A stretch of DNA of 64,000 nt from NCBI GenBank assembly GCA_025057645.1, contig JANXBJ010000005.1, forward strand, positions 73,676 to 137,675, read 5' to 3'. Below are positions 47,812-55,216 of the stretch, piece after piece. Numbering within the stretch: position 1 is the first letter of the stretch; every line of letters starts with the position of its first letter. Below the pieces are notes generated by a model. It saw only the letters and a list, made by a program, of their open reading frames with translations. It ran no database searches and was not told the DNA's origin. The DNA comes from Anaerolineales bacterium. Lineage in GTDB: Bacteria; Chloroflexota; Anaerolineae; Anaerolineales; UBA4823. Position numbers and translations under genes: made by a program.

Positions 47812-49625
47812 GAGGGTGGGTTAGCGGAAGGCTCTTCCTTAGCGGGTGGCGTCTGGGGGTTGGAAGCTGGATTTTGGCTGAGATAAGGTTCGAGGTAGGA
47901 GTGGCGCGTATGACCGACTTCTACAGCCTCTTCAAATTCGCCTGCGGCTATAGGCGGTTCGAAGCGAACCGGACGACGAACCCCAAAAAGCTCCCAGAAT
48001 TTAGCGATAGCGATCAGTAACTGATAGCGGTATTCTTGCACTTTGAGCGATTGCCACTCGACGATAGCTCCCATCGGACCCTCGACGCGGGATTTTACGC
48101 GCACGATCCGGTAAATCTGGTCGGGGTCGCGATAGCCGATGGGAGAAATCAGAATTGCATGAGCCATGAGGACGACCAGGATTAATACAATCAGTACCAA
48201 CCAACCGCCTTCAAACCATTTCCCGGCGATTTGGCCGACAAAGACAAACGAGGAAAGCGCAATGGAGAAGTTAACGCCGAGGAGGGCGAGGGTGCGTTTT
48301 CGACCTGTCTCGTGCAGTTGCACGTGGCGGCGCATGGCAAGCCCCATGGCAGTAATGGGCAAGAACACCCCAACGCCGTAGTAAGGCACTGCGTGACCTG
48401 TGTCCCCCCGCACCAGAAATTGGATGATCACAGCGGCGATAAAGGCGGCCGTCACCGGGCGGGTGAAGGTGCCTTTCGGGTTGCGATAGACTACGATTTC
48501 GGGAATCTCGCCGATAGCCACATTGCGCCAAGTAACGGATTGCATGTCCTGATAGGCGGTCATAGAGGCGGCCGAGAGCAGAGCGACGGCAAGGAACTGG
48601 TAGAACCAGTAGAGGATAATCCCTCCGGGGAATTGATCGAAGCCGATGTAGGCCAGATTACCGACCAGCGTGCGCCCAAAAGTGCCGTCAAAGACGTTGA
48701 AGCGCAGTGAGAAGATCGTTAGGAATAGGGTCGTCAGTCCACCGTAGAACAGAAAAGCAGTCTGAACCGTCCTGCCGATGCCCGATTTACCGCTGTAAAA
48801 ATTCCACAGCCAATTTAACCGGGGCAGGTGCTTCTTCCCCCACCGAATCAGAGCATAATCTTCGTCAATCACAAATTGCATGCCGTTGGACATTGCCTCC
48901 AACCCGGTTAGAGCCACCATTCCCTTCATGCTCGCCGTCAGCATGTGGTATAGCGCTTGCGCAAGCGTTGTCGGTTGAGGAGGCTCAGAGGGTGCAGGGG
49001 GCACGCCCCTGAGGTGGGCGAGGATCAGACCTACGGACATAGTCAATGTCAGGCCGGCAAACAAGCCGAGGAGTGTGAAGACAACCTGGGCCGACTCGCC
49101 CCGGCCGCGGATGGTCAGATACCAGGTTGTGAATGCCAAGGCGGCCCCGATGAGGAAGTGCCAGAACCAGTTGACATTGTATGCTCCGATAATCGAGAGC
49201 AACTGATCGCTCCCGGAGAGCGTAGAAACAACGATGGTCAGGACGTAGTCTTGGACCAGAACAACGGCGACGATCAAACTCAGCGAGGGACCTAAATAGC
49301 GCATTGCGGCCGTGAACGCCCCCCCTCCTTCATTGAACACCCCTAGTGAATACATATATAACGCACCAAAGACAAAGTTGGCTAGCGCGATAACGGCCAC
49401 ACAAATGAAAGCATACTTCTCTAGGCCGTAGGGATGCAAAGCATGCATCATTTCGCCGGTAGCATAGTAGTAGGAAGTAAAGTAGTCTACCCCGAAGAGA
49501 GCTAAGGCTGCAAGCATCCCCACTTGGCCTGCGCCGTGCACCAAAGCATCCTCTTGGCGTTCGCGCGGGGCGAGGCGATAGGAGACAAAGAAAAGGACGA
49601 TCAGTAAGCCAATGGCGAACAACAT
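47808..49625 (-). CDS. Polytopic APC-superfamily transporter, KimA-like (putative K+/cation transporter), copy 2
   Basis: 605 aa, collinear with 2906..4687. In an ungapped hand alignment, 72 of the first 100 residues are identical. The same FNEGGG, LTGLEAMSNG, AIGEIPEIVVYRN, VPYYG.GVF.PITAMGLA and ELFGVRRPVRFEPP blocks are present. Confidence 0.6.
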   Translation of the reverse strand: MLFAIGLLIVLFFVSYRLAPRERQEDALVHGAGQVGMLAALALFGVDYFTSYYYATGEMMHALHPYGLEKYAFICVAVIALANFVFGALYMYSLGVFNEGGGAFTAAMRYLGPSLSLIVAVVLVQDYVLTIVVSTLSGSDQLLSIIGAYNVNWFWHFLIGAALAFTTWYLTIRGRGESAQVVFTLLGLFAGLTLTMSVGLILAHLRGVPPAPSEPPQPTTLAQALYHMLTASMKGMVALTGLEAMSNGMQFVIDEDYALIRWGKKHLPRLNWLWNFYSGKSGIGRTVQTAFLFYGGLTTLFLTIFSLRFNVFDGTFGRTLVGNLAYIGFDQFPGGIILYWFYQFLAVALLSAASMTAYQDMQSVTWRNVAIGEIPEIVVYRNPKGTFTRPVTAAFIAAVIIQFLVRGDTGHAVPYYGVGVFLPITAMGLAMRRHVQLHETGRKRTLALLGVNFSIALSSFVFVGQIAGKWFEGGWLVLIVLILVVLMAHAILISPIGYRDPDQIYRIVRVKSRVEGPMGAIVEWQSLKVQEYRYQLLIAIAKFWELFGVRRPVRFEPPIAAGEFEEAVEVGHTRHSYLEPYLSQNPASNPQTPPAKEEPSANPPS

Positions 49626-49660
49626 ATTAACTCAACCTCGGCGTATAGTCTTGGGGAGAA

Positions 49661-50812
49661 TTAGGGGCTTCGCAGGGAGAAGTTCAAGAAGGCTTCTTCA
49701 AGCATCTTGAGCTGCTTGATAATGTACTTGCGCGTGGTGGGGTTCAGGCGCGTGTCCTGAGCAACTTTGGCTTCTTCTTCGCGCACAGCCCGCACTACAA
49801 AGGCGGGGACAAACATGATCCGCCCCGCTGGGATGACCACGAAGGGATAGATCTTCATGGTCAAGTCCTGATCATCAAAATAGGGGAGGCGGATGGTCAA
49901 TCCGCGGTTCAGATTTTGGGCGCGTGCCCGCCTTTTGATCGTCTCGATGATTTGACGGGTTTGGTAGATCGCCAAGGCTCGCCCCTGGTTGACCAACTGG
50001 CCTAGCATGCCATAGCGTTTCTGTTGATAGACCTCGTCCACGATAATACACGGGGAAAAGGCGGCAGCATAGTGGAGCAAGCGCAGATAGCGCTGCATGG
50101 AAGCAATGTGTGATTCGGCCTCTTGGACGCTGGAGAGCAGTAACTCGCCGTTTTCGTCAAAAGCTACCCACTGAGGCAAGAAAAAGCGCCGTGCGTAGGG
50201 CACGAAAGGAACGAGCAGCTCACCCCGCTCGGTTTCCTCGCTTCTCTCCTCTGCAATGGCGTCGGTTGGGGCTGTCAAGGCCGACTCGACCTGTTCCTCC
50301 TCAACCGGAATGCTGGGGATTGTTTCCCCTTCTTCGGCAAGATAGTGCACCGAGCGGCCGGCGGGCAACAAATTATAGACGATGTGCACGGCAGTAGTAT
50401 GACGCAACAGACGTGAAGCTTCTCGGATGCCTTGATTTTCGCTTTGCTCAAGCTCGGTCAAACGCTGTTTGGCTAACACCCGTAACTCGATGCGACGCAG
50501 ACGGGTCGCCCATCCGCCAATGCGGTATTCACGTTGTTCCGGTGGAATGCTCACCGTCTGAAAACCGTCAGCCGGGGCAGGGACGAGCACTCGATCCGGG
50601 AGCATGAAGCGCGCTTCAGGGACATTGGCGATTATGGCATCGGCCAGACTCGCAGCTTGAGACTCAATGAAGCGTTGGACCATCAGGGGTTGGGCTGCAA
50701 AGAGCTGACGAACTTCTTCCAACTCGCATTGTAAAGGTTCGGTCAACTCTGCAGGAGGCTGGAGGAGCGAGCTCGCTTCCTGAACAGAAACTCGGCTGGC
50801 TGGCTCGGGCAT
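49661..50812 (-). CDS. Hypothetical soluble protein, partner of the KimA-like transporter (copy 2); paralog of 1787..2881
   Basis: 383 aa with no TM. It shares collinear blocks with 1787..2881. AAGGAAG SD lies upstream of the ATG. It is the first gene of a five-gene minus-strand operon. Confidence 0.7.
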   Translation of the reverse strand: MPEPASRVSVQEASSLLQPPAELTEPLQCELEEVRQLFAAQPLMVQRFIESQAASLADAIIANVPEARFMLPDRVLVPAPADGFQTVSIPPEQREYRIGGWATRLRRIELRVLAKQRLTELEQSENQGIREASRLLRHTTAVHIVYNLLPAGRSVHYLAEEGETIPSIPVEEEQVESALTAPTDAIAEERSEETERGELLVPFVPYARRFFLPQWVAFDENGELLLSSVQEAESHIASMQRYLRLLHYAAAFSPCIIVDEVYQQKRYGMLGQLVNQGRALAIYQTRQIIETIKRRARAQNLNRGLTIRLPYFDDQDLTMKIYPFVVIPAGRIMFVPAFVVRAVREEEAKVAQDTRLNPTTRKYIIKQLKMLEEAFLNFSLRSP

Positions 50813-50843
50813 AAGCGCTTCCTTATATGGGAAAACTAACGTT

Positions 50844-50852
50844 TATTCTATC
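50844..50852 (-). promoter_or_regulatory. Extended -10 promoter candidate (TGaTAGAAT)
   Basis: The minus strand reads TGATAGAAT, about 32 nt upstream of the ATG at 50812. Confidence 0.35.
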
Positions 50853-51062
50853 ACAATATACTTGCCTTCCGTCTCCCAAATTTTCGATCCCGTCCGCCCC
50901 CCTGCTTTGGAAAAAGGTGAGGGATACGGATGCTGTGCTTGGCCGATAAGGGTCTGCGCTATGCAAGTCGGTCGATCGTGTCTTTACTCGGCTATGGCTT
51001 GCCCCTCATTTCGCTCTTCCGAAGAGTTAACGGGAGAAAGCGGCGCAACAGACCTTAAGACC

Positions 51063-51088
51063 TGCGGGCAGGCATATGCGCCCGCCCG
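51063..51088. terminator. GC-rich hairpin, possible terminator after osmC
   Basis: GCGGGC (51063-51068) pairs with GCCCGC (51083-51088) around a GCATATGC palindrome. A T-rich run follows on the plus strand only. It lies about 85 nt downstream of the osmC stop. Confidence 0.3.
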
Positions 51089-51173
51089 CTGCCTTGTTTA
51101 TGTAGTGAATAGGATGTATCGCTAAGGGTCCGGAGTCACCGGCTATTCGGAGCCGACGGACGGATTGGGCTCT

Positions 51174-51572
51174 TCACGCCGGTTGGACCACTTGGGTATA
51201 TACCTCGAATTTGGGGGGTTGCTCCATGTGCTTCTTGACCGCACACAGCTCGGCCGCCCGTACTAGGGAGTCGCGATACTTTTCCGGGAATGTGGGAGGA
51301 ACTTGAATCTCTAAGTCGATTTTGCCTACCATCCCTGTGAAGGGATTGGTGTGCATGCGCTGAACGATGCGAATGCCCTCGGTGGACAGGCCACGCTGGC
51401 GGCAGAAGCCCAGCACATAAATCCCCGCGCAAGTGCCGATAGAGGCTAGAAACGTCGCAAAAGGGGTCGGAGCCGTGGCCGAAGGGGGTTGGTCCGTCCT
51501 TACTGTAAACTTGCCAAAATGCGCATCCACTCGCTCCCCACCGGGGAAATCGATGATCATTTCCATAGTCAA
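51174..51572 (-). CDS. OsmC/Ohr-family protein
   Basis: 132 aa. The PFATFLASIGTCAGIYV and AELCAVKKH Cys-containing blocks are typical of the OsmC fold. Confidence 0.7.
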   Translation of the reverse strand: MTMEMIIDFPGGERVDAHFGKFTVRTDQPPSATAPTPFATFLASIGTCAGIYVLGFCRQRGLSTEGIRIVQRMHTNPFTGMVGKIDLEIQVPPTFPEKYRDSLVRAAELCAVKKHMEQPPKFEVYTQVVQPA

Positions 51573-51784
51573 CCTCCGTGAGCAGAATTCACTCTAAACT
51601 CTCTTAGGGTGATCGCACTGTTGATTGGATGCGGTAGCTCTGGAAAGGTTACAGTGTTCTTGGCCTTGATGGGGGGACAAAAAGATTGGACGGGGAGTTC
51701 GGCGACCGGGACCCCGACCCCTAGAGCGGGTTGTGGAAGGAAAAGGACGCTTAAGGACACAAGGTTTTGTTGTAAAATTCAAGT

Positions 51785-52390
51785 ATGCGATCGTTAGTGG
51801 TACAGGCCGGCGGCGAGTCCAAGCGAATGGGCAGGGATAAAGCGCTGCTGCCCTTCCTAGGCAAGCCGCTGATCCAGCGCATCCTCGAGCGGCTGATCCC
51901 GGTCGTGGACGAGGCCCTGGTTACCACCAATCATCCGGAGAGATACGCTTTCCTAAACGTGCCTCTGGTTGAGGATATCTTTCCCGGTCGCGGGGCTTTA
52001 GGGGGGCTGTATACGGCTTTGCGCAGCGCGCACTATAGCCTTGTGGCCGTAGTGGCCTGTGATATGCCCTTTGCCAGCCCGGAGTTGCTCGAAGTTCTCT
52101 TTCGCGTCCTTGAGGAGAGCAAGACCGATGCTGTGATCCCTCAGACAGCCAGCGGCAACGAACCCTTCCATGCCGTCTATCGGCGGGAGAACTGCTTGCC
52201 GTTGGTGCGCCAAGCTTTGGAAGATGGCCATTGGCGCGCCGATGCATGGTTCTGGCAGGCTAATCTGCGCTTTTTTAGCCCTGAGGAGATCAGTATCTTC
52301 GATCCGTTGGGATTGGCCTTTCAAAACGTCAACACGCCGGAAGAGTTGGCTGCTGCCGAGGACCTGGCCCGCCAACTGGAACAGGGCTAA
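51785..52390 (+). CDS. mobA: Molybdenum cofactor guanylyltransferase
   Basis: LVVQAGGESKRMGRDKALLPFLGKPLI, then a VACDMPF block. Confidence 0.85.
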   Translation: MRSLVVQAGGESKRMGRDKALLPFLGKPLIQRILERLIPVVDEALVTTNHPERYAFLNVPLVEDIFPGRGALGGLYTALRSAHYSLVAVVACDMPFASPELLEVLFRVLEESKTDAVIPQTASGNEPFHAVYRRENCLPLVRQALEDGHWRADAWFWQANLRFFSPEEISIFDPLGLAFQNVNTPEELAAAEDLARQLEQG

Positions 52391-53157
52391 TTCTCGCTGC
52401 GTTCGCCGGGGATAAGGTATTGAATTCTACAAAAAGGCTTGACTTGATCCCACACCTCATCTTTGAGGATGTTTCCCGAGACGTGCATCAAGGTGTCGCT
52501 GAAATCGCTATCGACCCCCATGCTGGCGAGACAAGGGTAGTGGTGATGAAGTAATCCGGCTTTTTCTTGGGCTTCTTCCACTGCAACCCCCACCAGCCCT
52601 TGAGCCACAAAGTGGGCGCAGCCACAGACAGCATCGCGATTCACTGCGACAGCTAGGACCAGGCGAGTCTGAGGATCCACGGTAAAGGTGAAAGACGGCC
52701 GTCCGAAATAGCGAGCAAACTCAGCAATCTCGGGACTGCGATAGGGGAGGCGTTGGCGGCGGGAGATCCAATAATCCCGCTCGGTTAGCGAGCACAGCGG
52801 TTTCGGCGTGGCGCAGGCGACCCCGAGGTCTTCCAGCCAATTGCGCAACTGACGTGCCAAGCCACGCGGCAACCAATCTTCGTTATCAATCGGAGCGAGC
52901 ACGGCCTTCGCCCCGCTGCGACGAGCCAGGTCGGGCAGCAGTTCGGCCACCCCTTTCACTTCGGCAAAGGAGAGGATGAGGTCAGAAGGGGGCACCTCTG
53001 ATGGAAGAAAGTCCTCTGGGTCATCGATCACCGGAGGAAAATGGGAGACTGCCCGCCAACTGTTGACTTCCCAATGGGCAGGAGCTCGTGCAAGCAGATT
53101 TTTCAGGTGGCGTTGTCCGTACTCGCCTGTGTAAATCACCAAAAGACGCATTCCCAC
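52387..53157 (-). CDS. Hypothetical protein (possibly DUF166-like)
   Basis: 256 aa and Cys/His-rich (CGCAHFV, HHHYPC). The DUF166 resemblance is from memory only. Confidence 0.35.
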   Translation of the reverse strand: MGMRLLVIYTGEYGQRHLKNLLARAPAHWEVNSWRAVSHFPPVIDDPEDFLPSEVPPSDLILSFAEVKGVAELLPDLARRSGAKAVLAPIDNEDWLPRGLARQLRNWLEDLGVACATPKPLCSLTERDYWISRRQRLPYRSPEIAEFARYFGRPSFTFTVDPQTRLVLAVAVNRDAVCGCAHFVAQGLVGVAVEEAQEKAGLLHHHYPCLASMGVDSDFSDTLMHVSGNILKDEVWDQVKPFCRIQYLIPGERSEN

Positions 53158-53229
53158 CTAAATTTTACCTGAGATCGGGGAGATTTTTCCAACTTTTACA
53201 GTATAATTGCTCCCAGCACGGAAAGTGAG

Positions 53230-53469
53230 GTGAAAGTGACCGAGAACAAAACCCGCACTCAAAAGTCGTTCGAGGCGTGTATTCCAGAAGAGACGCGACA
53301 GCACTTGCGCGCAGCCGGCGAGGAGTTACGCAAGAGCGTGCAGGCTTTATTGCCCGAGGGTTTTGTCACTCATCAAAAACGTGCCCAAAAGGAATTCTTG
53401 CTCGCCTGGCGCAGTTTGATCGATGCCGCAATAGATCGCCTCGAAAAGAGTGAGAGCAAAGCCGCTTAG
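53230..53469 (+). CDS. Small hypothetical protein
   Basis: 79-aa helical, charged ORF with a GAGGTG-like SD before the GTG start. No recognisable motif. Confidence 0.35.
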   Translation: MKVTENKTRTQKSFEACIPEETRQHLRAAGEELRKSVQALLPEGFVTHQKRAQKEFLLAWRSLIDAAIDRLEKSESKAA

Positions 53470-53542
53470 AGTGCCTCTCTTATGGACGAGGAGTGCCATC
53501 TGCTCCTCCAAAGAGAGGGGCCTCAAAGCTGCGCTTTGGAGC

Positions 53543-55210
53543 TTATCTAACCAAAGACCCGAGGAGAATTAGCGCGGCGAGGGCCAGGCATAGCGCGCCT
53601 GCGGCTTCTTTTCCGCCGAGCAGCAATAGGATACCGCCGAGGAAGAAAACTCCGCCTATCCAAGCGAAGTATAGGCGATCTAGGGCTTTTTCCATGCGGC
53701 GGAATTGTTCTTCCAAACGCGGTGCCTGAACATTTAGTTTACCGTTCTCTGCCAGTTGTAGCACGCGGTCGGCGCGCGAAGGTAGGGAAAGTAAGAGGCG
53801 CAGCCGCTCTCCGGCCTCGTTCAGCCAATCTTGCCAGCGCGAAGCTGCCTCATCTGCGATCAGCTTTTCGGCATAGGGCTGAAGCTGAAACCAGACATTG
53901 AAGTTGGGGTCCAATCCGGTGCACATTCCCGAAAGGATGGCCACGGTGCGCCCAAGCAGCAGCAAATTGTGGGGGATTTGAAAGGGCATATCGTAAAGCA
54001 GTTGGCGGAACTGCAAGGCAAAGCGCATCACCTCGGCATGGCTGACCTGAGTTAGTTCGCGCATGTTCATCCCCCAAAAACGTTCAAACAATTGGGCTTC
54101 GGCCTGTTCGATCAGTGCTAAGTCGGCGCCGGGCAGCAAGACATTGAGGGTTTGGTAGGCACGCACCACGCGAGCAGCATCCCGGGTGCCGACAGCGATC
54201 AGCAACTCCCGCAAGCCGTGACGCAGATTGTCGGGCACTACCCCCACCATGCCGAAGTCGACGAACGTCAAACGCCAAGTTAAGCCTTCTTCCGTAGGCG
54301 AAGCCAGAGGGGTGACGAAAAGGTTACCCGGGTGGGGATCGGCATGGAAAAAGCCGTCTTCGAAGATTTGCTTCAAGTAGGTGTCCAGTAATTCCTTGGC
54401 CACCTCACCGGTGTCGATCCCTGCTTGGCGGATCGACTCGTAATCGGTGATCTTAATTGCGTATACGTCCTCGAGAGTTAGGACTTTCGAGGTGGTCAAC
54501 TCCCACACCACGCGGGGAACGTGGACTCGCTTGCGTTGACGGAAATTGGCGGCAAAGGTCTCGGCATTGCGACCCTCGGCAAGGTAGTCGATCTCCTGGC
54601 GCACGGTTGCGGCGAATTCCTCGACCAGAGCGGGCACATTTGCGCGTCGGCGGATAGGCTCATAGCGATGTAACCAGCCGCCGAAGCGACGTAGAGCGCT
54701 CAAGTCGACTTCGATCAGGCGTTCGATATAAGGGCGCTGAACTTTTACCACTACCCGGCGAAATTCTGCGGCGCACGAAGCATCCGCAGACAAGAGAGCT
54801 CGGTGCACCTGACCCAGCGAGGCGGCCGCAAGCGGGATGGGGTCGAACTCTGCGAACAATTCCGAGAGCGGGGCGCCTAACTCGTGTTCTGCCAGTTGAC
54901 GAATGATGTTGAAGTCTTCTGCAGGCACTTCGTCCTGTAAACCGGCTAGTTCTTCGGTTGCCTCCGGGGGGAGGATATCCAGCCGTGAGGAAAGGAACTG
55001 CCCGACCTTGATCATGACTCCGCCCAATTGGATGGCTAGGGCACGGAACTGCCGCGCAGCACCCCGGATGCGCTTGGGGCGCGTGCGCCGGGTGAGGATG
55101 CGCAGGCCGAGACGCGGCAGTAAGATTTCCCAAAAGATAAAGCGCAAGGTCAAGTGGGCAAAAAACATCATAATACGACGGTAGCGGGCTTGTAGGCGGC
55201 GTTCATCCAT
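53543..55210 (-). CDS. ubiB: ABC1/UbiB-family atypical kinase with C-terminal TM helices
   Basis: LGGVMIKVGQFLSSR, AAASLGQVHRA, VVKVQRP, HADPHPGNL and VDFGMVG. Confidence 0.85.
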   Translation of the reverse strand: MDERRLQARYRRIMMFFAHLTLRFIFWEILLPRLGLRILTRRTRPKRIRGAARQFRALAIQLGGVMIKVGQFLSSRLDILPPEATEELAGLQDEVPAEDFNIIRQLAEHELGAPLSELFAEFDPIPLAAASLGQVHRALLSADASCAAEFRRVVVKVQRPYIERLIEVDLSALRRFGGWLHRYEPIRRRANVPALVEEFAATVRQEIDYLAEGRNAETFAANFRQRKRVHVPRVVWELTTSKVLTLEDVYAIKITDYESIRQAGIDTGEVAKELLDTYLKQIFEDGFFHADPHPGNLFVTPLASPTEEGLTWRLTFVDFGMVGVVPDNLRHGLRELLIAVGTRDAARVVRAYQTLNVLLPGADLALIEQAEAQLFERFWGMNMRELTQVSHAEVMRFALQFRQLLYDMPFQIPHNLLLLGRTVAILSGMCTGLDPNFNVWFQLQPYAEKLIADEAASRWQDWLNEAGERLRLLLSLPSRADRVLQLAENGKLNVQAPRLEEQFRRMEKALDRLYFAWIGGVFFLGGILLLLGGKEAAGALCLALAALILLGSLVR

Positions 55211-55216
55211 GGCCTG

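Noticed and set aside
50862-51125. 87-aa Cys-rich plus-strand ORF between the transport operon and osmC.
   Set aside because: It has a TTG start without an SD and no motif. Its Cys content is explained by GC-rich palindromes in the DNA.
50813-51173. c-di-AMP (ydaO/kimA-type) riboswitch upstream of the KimA-like cassettes (also checked at 1608..1786).
   Set aside because: I did not see the conserved ydaO cores as I remember them (CGCTTAATC, GGGGACCC, CCCGAACCCGTCAGCTAACC) on the relevant strand. In both loci the transporter gene is preceded by the unknown ORF rather than by a long leader.
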